From an uncultured Lentisphaerales bacterium (GTDB lineage Bacteria > Verrucomicrobiota > Lentisphaeria > JABSQK01 > UBA12247): a stretch of DNA of 64,000 nucleotides. The stretch covers positions 64,001-128,000 of the forward strand of contig CALSSJ010000022.1 of NCBI GenBank assembly GCA_943788985.1. Direction: 5' to 3'. This document shows, one piece after another, positions 19,170 through 33,184 of the stretch. The translations under genes were made by a program, and so were the position numbers. The notes beneath the pieces are model-generated. The model was not told the DNA's origin, did no database searches, and saw only the letters and a program-made list of their open reading frames with translations. Each line of letters begins with the position of its first letter. Position 1 is the stretch's first letter.

Positions 19170-20433
19170 CCCAGCGCCGAGCCTGGGCTGGAGTTTGTCG
19201 AGCGCTTCGCGTTGGACGATGCCTGCGCGCAGCTACTTGGCGACCTAGTTCCCGGCACGGACTGTGCCTATTACTACAGGTGTCTGCATTATCAGCCTGA
19301 ACGCGCCGATAAGGCGTTCTGGGCCATGCTGAGCGAGTGGCGCAAGAACTGGAATGGCTGGAGCGGCCGCATGAAGGAACTGCGCAGGCGCCAGCATCTG
19401 CTGCCGTTTGAGTGGGAGCCGGAAGAGACTTGAACTTTCTTGATCGATTAAGATCTACAGTTGCAGTTCAATGATCGGCCCACGTCCGCGAAAGTCTCGG
19501 TGCTCGCTCGCACGCAAAACAAGAGGCTCGATCGGAATGTACCGCGCACGCAGGAATGGGCAGAGCAAAACTACTACAAGGTACGGGCTACGGCGAACTC
19601 CGGAGATCGGGTTCCACCCAACGAATTCTGGCGAGATATAGCCAACGGTGAGACGCTTCCAGCCTCGCTGCTCGGTGCCCACCGGAGCTTTACGGAGATC
19701 ATGGCCGCGCTTGCGCTCGTCGACTTTCCGTTCAAAGCGAGCGAGGTCACGGAAGATCGGAAGGAGGCATGGCTGTCGCTGACGTTTGGGGGCCGGGTGA
19801 CGGTCACTGACCCGACATCCTCTCGGCGTCGGCTGAATGTGCTGCTGCAGATTCCGCGTGGCGTGGTGCCGATGGGCAACGGCTTCTAAACCGATGATCG
19901 CACTGTCGAGCTGATGGCGTATCAGACGGAGACGATCGACTACGGGTTCTATTTTCCGGAGGCCGGTGATTTCGCGCAGTTTCCGGTCCACGCAGCAGCG
20001 GATAAGTTGATCGTGGCCCGAGACGGGCTGGGCAGCTTTAACGTGGTAGAGGCGCTTACTTAGACCGATCGGAGGTCGTGGGCATGGATCTCACAGAATA
20101 GGGAGTTCGCAGAGGTCCTGACCCATTTGCGCGAGAACAATCTGCGTCGCTTAGATTTGGGGCAGATGCTCTGACGGCTCAAGGACAAGGGGTTCTCTGG
20201 CCAGGCCCTTGGAAATCTTGCGCGAGCACCTTCACTTCCATGCGCAGAGCTACCGTTATCGCTTTCTGCACTGGTACGTTTCCGCGACCCGTGTCTGGCT
20301 GGACCATGGCCGCGGCATACGCGCCACTGGTCCTCCTGATTCCCTGTCTCGAGGCAGGGGGTTACGCGCGCACTCGCTGAGCCCCGCAGCCACTTATTTT
20401 TGGTCGTTGCGGAGTTCGCAACCAAGGGCATAG
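19170..20433 (+). pseudogene. Heavily decayed remnant of a large hypothetical protein
   Basis: Protein-like segments (LVPGTDCAYYYRCLHYQ; TQEWAEQNYY; FTEIMAALALVDFPF; LLQIPRG; YGFYFPEAGDFAQFPVH) continue in frame through stops at 19887 (TAA), 20061 (TAG) and 20172 (TGA), plus frameshifts. Confidence 0.7.
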
Positions 20434-20517
20434 TTTGCCAATCGCATTAACTTTGTATTGCAAACTGGTCATTCATTATTACACTCTGGTACATCGGAAA
20501 CCATCAGAGGGCATGTT

Positions 20518-21099
20518 ATGGATGCTGTGAGTCAGGCCTTGCAACAGGTGCAGGTGATACGAGGGATACTGGAGCGGCGTCGATTCGACGGGTTGTCAGG
20601 TAAGGCGCGGGTGACAACTGCGCTCGCGACGTTGGTCACGGGCGGAGTGCTTGCGTTAATGCCAGCTGACCCGGTGGTGCACCTCTACGGTTGGTTCGGG
20701 CTGTGCGTATTTGCGGTAATCGCAAACTTTGGCTCGCTTGCGAGCTGGTTTCTGTTTGATCCGAGTGTGAAACGAGACTGGCGACGTTTACTGCCGGTCT
20801 TGGATATTGTGCCATCGCTGGTGGTTGGTTGCGTCATGACGGTGGTGCTGGTGAGTTGCGGACAGGCCGATCTTCTGTTCGGCGCTTGGATGTGCATGTT
20901 TGGCCTTTGTAACATTTCTGCGCGACACATTCTGCCGATTGGCGTGGTCTGGATCGGGCTATTCTACTTGAACTGTGGTCTGATTTGTCTACTAGCCCCG
21001 ATTTCGTTCTTGGATCCGTTGCCGATGGTTGCGGTGTTCGCATTCGGGGAGGCTCTGGGTGGAGCGCTGATGATTCGTAACCAAACGCGCAATGTATAG
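20518..21099 (+). CDS. Integral membrane protein, about 6 TM
   Basis: Hydrophobic throughout; directly upstream of a winged-HTH regulator. Confidence 0.8.
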   Translation: MDAVSQALQQVQVIRGILERRRFDGLSGKARVTTALATLVTGGVLALMPADPVVHLYGWFGLCVFAVIANFGSLASWFLFDPSVKRDWRRLLPVLDIVPSLVVGCVMTVVLVSCGQADLLFGAWMCMFGLCNISARHILPIGVVWIGLFYLNCGLICLLAPISFLDPLPMVAVFAFGEALGGALMIRNQTRNV

Positions 21100-21108
21100 G
21101 AAATTGCC

Positions 21109-21462
21109 ATGAAGCACTCAGAATTTTCCGCGCTGCGCACTGTTTTTCACGAGCCGAACCGGTTGGCGATTGTGGCGGCGCTGGCTGCCAATGAGATCGG
21201 ACTTGGCTTTGTGGAGCTTCGGGTGGACTTGGAGTTGACCAACGGGAACTTGAGCCGCCATCTTAAGATGTTGGAGGAGGCGGGGGTCGTGGATGTGAAG
21301 AAGTCGTTTCGCGGGGTAAAACCGCACACGCAGATTTGGGTAACGAGGGAGGGACGTGAGCGATTTGGTACGTACCTGCAGGACTTGGAGAACGTGCTCA
21401 AACGAGCCCATGAATCGCTTTCCCTGGCCAGTGATGTTGAGCTCAGTCCGGTACAGGCGTGA
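21109..21462 (+). CDS. Winged-helix transcriptional regulator (ArsR/MarR-like)
   Basis: FHEPNRLAIVAAL...LTNGNLSRHLKMLEEAG...KSF...TREGRERF. Confidence 0.9.
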   Translation: MKHSEFSALRTVFHEPNRLAIVAALAANEIGLGFVELRVDLELTNGNLSRHLKMLEEAGVVDVKKSFRGVKPHTQIWVTREGRERFGTYLQDLENVLKRAHESLSLASDVELSPVQA

Positions 21463-21471
21463 GCTGGTAAG

Positions 21472-22651
21472 ATGCACAATGTAGGGATTGATCTGCTGTC
21501 TTTCTATGCGCCCACGGAGTACTTGGATCTTGCAGATCTTGCGGATGCCCGTGGTGTCGCTCCTGAGAAGTACGAGATAGGTCTAGATCAGCGGTTGATG
21601 TCCTGTTCCGGCTGCGGACGAGGATGCTGTCACGATGGCCGCTGCAGCGGCATTGCCACTGCTTGAGCAGACGGATCCATCGCGTATCGGGGCTCTGCTA
21701 GTGGGCACGGAGAGCGCGGTGGATCATTCAAAAGCGACCGCAGCTTTTGTGCATCGGTTGCTCGGGCTTCCGGCCACCTGCATGATTTACGATGTGCGGC
21801 AGGCATGTGCAGCTGGAACTATCGGCTTGAGGCAGGCTGCGGCGATGGTTGCGCTGGAGCCAGAGATGACCGCGCTAGTGATCGCCACTGACATCGCGCA
21901 CTATGCGGCCCACTCCCCCGGGGAGCCCACCCAGGGGGCGGGTGCTTGTGCTCTGTTGGTAAGCGCGAATCCACGGGTTTGTCGCGTAGAGCCGACCTGG
22001 GGAGTGCACGCAGAGGAGACGTCGGATTTCTGGCGTCCAATCTCGCGGGATACGCCCGTGGTGAATGGGAAAACATCGCTCCTTAAATATTTGGAGTGCC
22101 TGCGCGGGGCGAGGCGGCATTTCATCGCCAGCGGTGGTGATGGGAAGCTTCGGAGTCATTGCTTTCACTTGCCCTTTGCTAGCATGGCTCACAAGGCTGC
22201 GAAGCAAGTCGCTCGTGATGCTGGGGCTGGCCCGTCGTATCGCGCATCGCTTCAATACGGCCGGGTGATCGGGAATACTTACACAGCTTCGCTCTATATT
22301 GCTTTGGCTTCACTGTTAGAGCAAGGCGACGTAGACGATGGTGAGCGCATCGGCATGTACAGCTATGGATCTGGTTCTCTGGGATTATATTTCGCGTTGC
22401 AGACTGTGCAGGGATTTCGCGATCACCTGCTGAAGCGCAGCCACACCCAGATGTTGGCGCGACGACATCCTCTTTCTTTAGCAAGCTACGAGGCCCGACA
22501 TGCGCGGAGCGGTAATCCACCGCAGGAGGTATCGGACAGCGAGAGCCCATTTCGCTGGGTTGGTGTGGATGAACTCAGGCGGATGTACGAGCCGCGAGCT
22601 GCGGGGATCGGCGTGGCTAGCGACGCGGCGTGGGTGTCAGAGTCCGGGTAA
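21472..22651 (+). pseudogene. mvaS: Hydroxymethylglutaryl-CoA synthase split by a +1 indel at about 21602 (true lesion or sequencing error)
   Basis: VGIDLLSFYAP...KYEIGL...MS then, after removing one base, VPAADEDAVTMA; GTESAVDHSKA, QAC, TDIAHY, GEPTQGAGA, DFWRP, FHLPF, GNTYTASLY, SYGSG. Confidence 0.85.
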
Positions 22652-23263
22652 CAGCTTATTGAAGTCTGCCCAGTACTCTTTTCTGGCGCAGCTTTCGCAG
22701 CGTGTACCCATCTAGACCGCATCAAATTGGTCCATGATCTGTCGGATCAGTGACGGATCATCCGTAAGAATGCCATTCTCGAAGTTGCACTTGTCTACGC
22801 ACTTAGCCCCCATTCCGCCACCCGTGATGTTGGCGCTACTGCTGTAAGCGAGATACCCGTCGACAATGCCCGATTTGAAGCGAACTCCTGGACAGAGGAC
22901 GCGCTCCAAGCCCTGGCCGCGATTAATGTGGGATAGCGATCAAAGTCCTCACGGAAGGCTGGGCTAGGCTCTTTGGCGTAGATCAGCCGTACGGACACGC
23001 CGGCATCAATGAGGTCGGCGAGCGTCTCCAAAAATGGCACCATGCGCCGCGCTTTGTGCACGGACATGTCTTTTAAGTCGGCGGTTGCCAACCAGAGAAA
23101 AAATTGTGGCCATAGGCACCGACTCGCAGATCACGCGCTCGCAGATCACGCGCTCGCAGATCACGCGCTCGCAGATCTCGCGCTCGTAGATCACGCGCTC
23201 GTCGATCACGCGCTCGTAGATCTCGCGCTCGTAGATCTCGCGGTCGGTGACTAAATCGTTCAA
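22637..23263 (-). pseudogene. Phospholipase D/nuclease (HKD) family pseudogene
   Basis: Three frames join to ATADLKD...VRLIYAKEP...CPGVRFKSGIVDG...SSANITG...NFENGI. The HxK His position reads Arg. TAG at 22712-22714 interrupts FDAV*MGTRCESCARKEY. Confidence 0.8.
23123..23242. repeat. 15-bp tandem repeat, 8 units (consensus ctcgYagatcWcgcg)
   Basis: Eight contiguous units read directly. They encode REIYE/RVIDE/RVICE pentapeptides on the minus strand. Confidence 0.95.
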
Positions 23264-23278
23264 GAGTGCGCCCTCCGC

Positions 23279-24379
23279 TCAGGTCGAGATGCGGAAGAGG
23301 ACGACGTCGCCATCCTTGACTTCGTAATCCTTACCTTCCACTCGCATGAGGCCAGCTTCCTTGGCGCCATTGCGCCCGCCGTGTGCGACTACGTCATCGA
23401 AATTTGTCACCTCGGCACGGATGTAGCCTTTCTCGAAGTCAGTGTGGATCACCGCGGCGGCCTGTGGGCCGAGGAGTCCGCGGCGGATGGTCCAGGCACG
23501 AGCCTCAAGCTCGCCAACAGTCAGGAATGTGATCAGTCCGAGCGTGCTGTAGCTATGCTTGATCAGGCGATCCAGACCAGACTCCGTGAGACCAAGATCC
23601 TGTAGAAATTCAACGGCTTCTTCCGCGTCAAGTTGCGCGATCTCTTCTTCGATCTTGGCGCAGATTGAGACGACTGATGTCCCCTCAGTGGCTGCATGCT
23701 CTCGGACTTTTGCGACGTACTCGTTCTCCATTTCCGGTAGGTCATCCTCTCCTACATTGGCTGCATAGATGATCGGCTTGAAGGTGAGGAAACGATAAGA
23801 CTTGATAGATTTTTTCTCTTCATCCGAGAGTTCCAGAGTCCGCAGGGGGTGCTCTGACTCCAGGTGTGCCGCGACCCGTAGCATGACTTCGTGCAGCACC
23901 ATGGCATCTGCTTCGCGGGCCTTCGCGCGCTTGGACAGACGTTGGACGGCTCGCTCAGCCTGCTCCAGATCTGCGAGCATGAGTTCTATGTTGATGGTCT
24001 CAATATCGGAGAGCGGATCGACGTGTCCATCTACGTGGACGACGTTGCCGTCGTCAAAACAGCGCACGACGTGAATAATCGCATCTACATCTGCGATGTT
24101 ATCCAGGAATTGATTTCCGCGACCTTCCCCTTTTGAGGCACCGCGGACGAGGCCGGCGATGTCGACGTATTCTATCGTTGCATAGATTTTGCGCTGCGGA
24201 TTTATCATTTTCTCAAGTGTGTCTACGCGAGCATCCGGCACGGTGACGATCCCTTTGTTGGGTTCGATGGTGCAGAATGGATAGTTTGCCGCTTCGGCGC
24301 CAGCTTTGGTCACAGCGTTGAATAGGGTGGATTTACCGACATTGGGCAATCCAACGATGCCACAGGAGAGACCAGCCAT
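23279..24379 (-). CDS. ychF: Ribosome-binding ATPase YchF
   Basis: [59 protein letters not shown]. Confidence 0.98.
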   Translation of the reverse strand: MAGLSCGIVGLPNVGKSTLFNAVTKAGAEAANYPFCTIEPNKGIVTVPDARVDTLEKMINPQRKIYATIEYVDIAGLVRGASKGEGRGNQFLDNIADVDAIIHVVRCFDDGNVVHVDGHVDPLSDIETINIELMLADLEQAERAVQRLSKRAKAREADAMVLHEVMLRVAAHLESEHPLRTLELSDEEKKSIKSYRFLTFKPIIYAANVGEDDLPEMENEYVAKVREHAATEGTSVVSICAKIEEEIAQLDAEEAVEFLQDLGLTESGLDRLIKHSYSTLGLITFLTVGELEARAWTIRRGLLGPQAAAVIHTDFEKGYIRAEVTNFDDVVAHGGRNGAKEAGLMRVEGKDYEVKDGDVVLFRIST

Positions 24380-24409
24380 AATCGTAGAGTTCCAGGGATA
24401 GGGGAGGGG

Positions 24410-28733
<4,324 letters not shown>

Positions 28734-28941
28734 GGCTGAGTCCTTGAAGTTTTGGAGCAGTCTGAACTGTACTCGGTCTTGAATAAAATGCACACTCGGA
28801 TGCGCGAGGCAGACCCTGCCGGGGGGAGGCTGTCAGGTTTTGTTTGGCATTTGAGCAAGATCGAGCTATCTTTTAAAGCGAACAATCGAGGGACAGGGCG
28901 CTCTGTGCCCAATCACAACGCGAGCACAACGGAGTTTCGCC

Positions 28942-29217
28942 ATGGGTGAGATTTTTGATTTACTTTCACGTCACTTCACGCTGGAGTCTGCAAATACCAA
29001 CATGCAGACCTTGACGTGCGCCGTCGTAATCTGGATGACGGTCGTCATTTGTACGGTCACGTCAATCTGGAGTAGACCGTTTTCTTTCAGTGCCAAAGTT
29101 TGCTGGGCAATTATCGTATTGTTCATTCCCCTGCTGGGGGTGCTTTGCTACCTGCCGTTTGCCGCCTCGGGTGAACTCTTTCCGGTTACCGGCTTTTGGC
29201 GACCGACCAAGCGCTGA
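28942..29217 (+). CDS. Small two-TM membrane protein (PLDc_N-like)
   Basis: KVCWAIIVLFIPLLGVLCY motif; GGAG RBS. Confidence 0.8.
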   Translation: MGEIFDLLSRHFTLESANTNMQTLTCAVVIWMTVVICTVTSIWSRPFSFSAKVCWAIIVLFIPLLGVLCYLPFAASGELFPVTGFWRPTKR

Positions 29218-29255
29218 CAGGCGCTTAACCGGACTAGAAACAGGAGAAGCGCGAC

Positions 29256-30068
29256 ATGTATCAGGACTTTTTTGGTTTTCGGGAGATGCCGTTCAACATC
29301 ACCCCGAACCCGCGTTTCCTGTTTCTGAGCCCTACCCACCAGGAAGCACTGCAGCATCTACGGTATGGGATTGAGCAGAAGAAGGGATTCATCGCTCTGA
29401 CTGGCGAAGTTGGATGCGGTAAGACCACGCTGTGTCGCCAGCTACTGAATGAGCTCGACCCTGAGCGGTACGAGACCGCCCTGATTGTCAATCCTCGCCT
29501 GTCAGAAGAGCAATTGCTGAGCGCAATTCTGACCGAACTCGGCTGGGCTGGGAGCGTGACCGGTAAGAACGACCTGATCCAGGAGTTGAACCTGCTATTG
29601 TTGGGCCGGATCAAGGAAGGCAAGGACATCGTTCTGGTTATCGATGAGGCGCACAATCTCGAATTCGAAGTGATGGAGCAGTTGCGACTCCTGTCGAATC
29701 TTGAGACTGATGACCAGAAGTTGTTGCAGATCATCCTCATGGGGCAGCCTGAGTTGCGCGATAATCTCATGGAAGAAAGACTGAGGCAACTGCGTGAGCG
29801 GATCCTCGTGTACTACGAGTTGAAGCCGCTTAATCGGTATGAAACGCGTATGTATGTGCAGCATCGCTTAAGTTTGGTAGGCTCGATGGGTCGTCCCCGG
29901 TTTACCAACTGGGCATTCCGCGCGCTTTACCGTGGGAGCCACGGAATTCCGCGCCGAATAAATAATATTTGCGATAAAGCGCTACTGTCGGCTTTCATTC
30001 GGAGCACGGACTTGGTATCTTACCATGATATACGCCGAGCAGTAAAGGACATTGATCGACTGAGATGA
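29256..30068 (+). CDS. ExeA/GspA-family AAA ATPase, without a peptidoglycan-binding domain
   Basis: YQDFFGFREMPFNITPNPRFLF, GEVGCGKT, IDEAHNL, GQPEL, GIPRRINNICD. Confidence 0.93.
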   Translation: MYQDFFGFREMPFNITPNPRFLFLSPTHQEALQHLRYGIEQKKGFIALTGEVGCGKTTLCRQLLNELDPERYETALIVNPRLSEEQLLSAILTELGWAGSVTGKNDLIQELNLLLLGRIKEGKDIVLVIDEAHNLEFEVMEQLRLLSNLETDDQKLLQIILMGQPELRDNLMEERLRQLRERILVYYELKPLNRYETRMYVQHRLSLVGSMGRPRFTNWAFRALYRGSHGIPRRINNICDKALLSAFIRSTDLVSYHDIRRAVKDIDRLR

Positions 30069-33000
30069 GTCAACGCGAGCTGATTAACGACGCAGTAAAT
30101 GCGGTGCGAGAGAGGCGGTCTACACCCACTCCGCCACCAAGCGGCCCGCCTTACCGTCCACCCAGTTTTGGCGGTGGAGGGGGAAGTTGGATGCCAATGA
30201 TCCTCGGGTGCTTTGCGTTCGTCGTTTTGGCTGTATTTGCGGGCGGTATCTTCTACGTCGCATTTCGTCCAGTGGACGGAGGAGAGCACGCCAAGGCATA
30301 TCAGGAACCGGTGGCTACTCAAGCCATCCCAATCCCTGTTGAAGTGCCGACAACGCCGTCGGCACCGGTGCAAGAGCCTAACTTCGGGCACAACCCGTAT
30401 GGCGTACCTGCTGCGGCGCAACCCGCCTATCCTGCTCCCTTTGCTGCGTCAGGACAGCAAATAGCTCCCACTCCTAGGCCGCACTCTCAGCCTGTCTACT
30501 TTCAGCAACATCCTTCCCATGCTCTGCCCGCCTCAACAAGTCATCAGCGCTCGCTAGCGGAGCGAAATTTTGTTGCGGATCGAGGCGCGCCGGCTGTCAG
30601 TCAGCCAGCCAAGCGCCGTAGCGAGCATGCGGACGTGAGGATCGGCGAAGTAGAGCGCACTCTCCGTGCAGATGAGCAGCGACCAGCACTGGAAAGTTCT
30701 CGTGGTATCGGCGCTACGTTTGACGCTGTCGTGCGACACGTGATCGAGAAAGAAGTTGAGAAAACGCCAACTGCTGCCACCAAGGGGTATGGTGCAATCA
30801 CTGGCGAGGTCGTCAACATCTACAACGGTCAGGTAACCATCGGTGAGAACGTGATGAATGGCGGGCTGAATCGGGGCCCGGCCGTCGCCGGGAATCACCA
30901 ATACGGCTACCCTGCTGTGGGAATGATGCCGCAGAATCCAGTAATGCCGCAGTATCCAGTCATGCCTCAGAGCCCGCAGCTTCGCTCAGGAGTGCCTGCT
31001 CAAGGTGTTGTTCAGCAAGGCCTGCAGCCGATGTTTGCACAGCCGCAGCCAATGGTGCCTGGATATCCGATGCAGTACTATTACCCAATACCGATGCCGG
31101 GTTATTCCAGTCCTCAGTACTCGCAGTCTGCGACGCAACATACGGTGCCTCAGGTGCAGCCCAATGAGGCTTTTGCCAGCCAGGATCCCGAGTTGGACCA
31201 TCTGCAGCAGGAAAACCTTGACTTGTTGGCGACGCTGCGTGGAATTAGCGAGGATCTGGGTCGCAACGCCGCAAGTAGCGCATTTTCTCCCGATATCCCG
31301 GGTGATGCAAGGCCGGATGCTGGACTTGCGCCTGCGGTCGGGCCCAAGGTTGTCTCCGGCGTGAAGCCGTCGCGGACCATGGCCCTTGATGCGCCCCCAC
31401 GTTTTCAGGATTCTTGGGAAGACTGGGAGCGGGCTGTGAGTCGCGGCACCACCAGTGAACTTGCCGGCAGCGAACCGTTTCTGAGTGACTCGTTCCTGAC
31501 TGCAGACCAACTCACAGCTGCCTTTGGGGCAATGGATGCAGCGCAGGCGACCGATGACGCGATGCCTGACTCCGGAAACGGCGTATCATACAACACATTC
31601 TTCCGCCGCGAAGATAAGAGAATCTCGCCGGGATTCCGAGCTGGTCCCTTGCGCCTTGAGGTCTTTGATACCCTCCTCTCCGCCCCCGGGAAGTTCGACC
31701 AAAATCTTGTAGACGAACAGTTTCAGCCGAGCGAAGCGAAATTTCGTCTCGGGAATCTGTTTCTGGATGCCAGCCACATCACCGTTGGTGCTGCCTGGTC
31801 TGACAATTTTGGAGACGACTATGATGGCGAGCCGAAGGATGCTGGCATGGTAAGCTTCGTCGCGTTGGAGGATGTCGCCGGTATCATTCAGCTCTCAGAA
31901 GGCTTTCAATGGTCGGTTCGTGGTGACTTCGTTTGGCTTATTAACGACGAGATTGGTGGGGCGAGCGGCTTCGGTTTGGATAAGGACGTCGCGGACATGG
32001 CCTTCGGGAAGGGGCAAAGCGAAATTTTCCGGACCGAGTTCTCACAGGAAGCGCGCGCAGGCGGCTGGGACATCCTGATTACGAACGAGTTGATGATGGG
32101 CGACGCTGGAATAACGGGAGAATTCGATGGTGAGTTGTGGAGCCAGTTGGAGTTGCTCGAAGAGCGTGGCTTGGATGTTGACTCCGCAACTGAGTTGCGT
32201 CTGGACAGCTTTATGACGACGGGCAGCGTCGCGTCCTCTTTGAGTCCGGTGAATCGCTCGCAGACGCCCGCGGTTTCCCGGTTCGACAGCCGGAGTGATA
32301 TCGAAACGCGCATTATGCAGAATAATCTGGGCCTGTATGCCGAGAAGGTACTTCCCACACAGACGCGAATCAGCAGCTTGCTCTGGCGTCAGGACATTTT
32401 GGATACTGGTCTCGACCAAGATGTCACCGAGGGCGAGATCGAATCTTGGAGTGAAGGCTGGACCCTTAAACTTGATTCCCAGCGTGATATGCGCTTCAAG
32501 CCTGCCCTTACCTATCAACTCGAGCACGATAACTTGGATGAGGACTGGCAGGAGTCAGCAGTTGCATCCTTCACTGCGCCTCTTACCGACTATATCTACT
32601 CTACCGGTAGTATGGGCTATACCAGATTTCATGGGGTCGATCAAGGCGAAGTGCTGTCCGACCTCCACGTTTCGCATCAGCCCAATCCCGATTTAATTCA
32701 CAGCGTCAGCTACAGCAGAACCGTGATCGAGCCGAAGCATGACATTGCCTCGGTGATTCGCTACTCCTTGCAGCAGCGCCTCGGGCCGCACTGGCTCGCA
32801 TCTTTTGTTTCCGGTCGGCAGACAGTCAAGACCTTGGCTGACGGCGGAGATAATGACGAGTGGACATCTGTGGGCAGTATTACCTTCACTCCCGGGCGGC
32901 GTTTAAGTATGTCGCTACGAACTGGATATAGTGAGGGTCATGACGGCCGGCAGACACCGTGGGATTATCAGTTCTCAGGCCGGTATCAATTCCGCGACAA

Positions 33001-33184
33001 TATCGTGTTCGATTACACCCAGACTTGGCAGGACTACAATTGGGATAGCGAGTTCAACGCTCGGCTTCAACGTGGCCGCCTGGAAGCTGCATATCGCTGG
33101 ACGGCAGAAGAAGCCGACAGCCCAACTCAATCGCGCGCTGAGAATCTATTAGTGTTGAGCTATAAGGTGCCGTTGCATTTCTAG
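30065..33184 (+). CDS. 1039-aa protein: N-terminal TM anchor, P/Q-rich linker, C-terminal putative outer-membrane beta-barrel
   Basis: TM ILGCFAFVVLAVFAGGIFYVAF after a Pro/Gly-rich N-terminus; low-complexity P/Q/M/Y region; alternating aromatic strands; ends LVLSYKVPLHF. ATGA-coupled to the ATPase. Confidence 0.7.
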   Translation: MSQRELINDAVNAVRERRSTPTPPPSGPPYRPPSFGGGGGSWMPMILGCFAFVVLAVFAGGIFYVAFRPVDGGEHAKAYQEPVATQAIPIPVEVPTTPSAPVQEPNFGHNPYGVPAAAQPAYPAPFAASGQQIAPTPRPHSQPVYFQQHPSHALPASTSHQRSLAERNFVADRGAPAVSQPAKRRSEHADVRIGEVERTLRADEQRPALESSRGIGATFDAVVRHVIEKEVEKTPTAATKGYGAITGEVVNIYNGQVTIGENVMNGGLNRGPAVAGNHQYGYPAVGMMPQNPVMPQYPVMPQSPQLRSGVPAQGVVQQGLQPMFAQPQPMVPGYPMQYYYPIPMPGYSSPQYSQSATQHTVPQVQPNEAFASQDPELDHLQQENLDLLATLRGISEDLGRNAASSAFSPDIPGDARPDAGLAPAVGPKVVSGVKPSRTMALDAPPRFQDSWEDWERAVSRGTTSELAGSEPFLSDSFLTADQLTAAFGAMDAAQATDDAMPDSGNGVSYNTFFRREDKRISPGFRAGPLRLEVFDTLLSAPGKFDQNLVDEQFQPSEAKFRLGNLFLDASHITVGAAWSDNFGDDYDGEPKDAGMVSFVALEDVAGIIQLSEGFQWSVRGDFVWLINDEIGGASGFGLDKDVADMAFGKGQSEIFRTEFSQEARAGGWDILITNELMMGDAGITGEFDGELWSQLELLEERGLDVDSATELRLDSFMTTGSVASSLSPVNRSQTPAVSRFDSRSDIETRIMQNNLGLYAEKVLPTQTRISSLLWRQDILDTGLDQDVTEGEIESWSEGWTLKLDSQRDMRFKPALTYQLEHDNLDEDWQESAVASFTAPLTDYIYSTGSMGYTRFHGVDQGEVLSDLHVSHQPNPDLIHSVSYSRTVIEPKHDIASVIRYSLQQRLGPHWLASFVSGRQTVKTLADGGDNDEWTSVGSITFTPGRRLSMSLRTGYSEGHDGRQTPWDYQFSGRYQFRDNIVFDYTQTWQDYNWDSEFNARLQRGRLEAAYRWTAEEADSPTQSRAENLLVLSYKVPLHF

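Noticed and set aside
19887..20174. Stop-codon reassignment or read-through
   Set aside because: All three stop types interrupt the same decayed frame, and all three end normal genes elsewhere in the window.
21595..21610. Programmed frameshift in mvaS
   Set aside because: No slippery run or stimulatory structure at atgtcctgttccg; a simple insertion explains it.
23123..23242. CRISPR array
   Set aside because: The units are contiguous 15-mers with no unique spacers, and no cas genes are present.
22637..23263. Active PLD-nuclease defence system
   Set aside because: The catalytic His is lost, the gene is fragmented, and no partner defence genes are adjacent.
16922..23270. Integrative element at tRNA-Leu
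   Set aside because: No integrase is present, I saw no duplicate of the tRNA 3' end, and core genes follow the tRNA directly.
29256..30068. Type II secretion system or PEP-CTERM/exosortase system
   Set aside because: No secretin, pseudopilins, exosortase or PEP-CTERM tail is visible in the window; only the ATPase family is shared.
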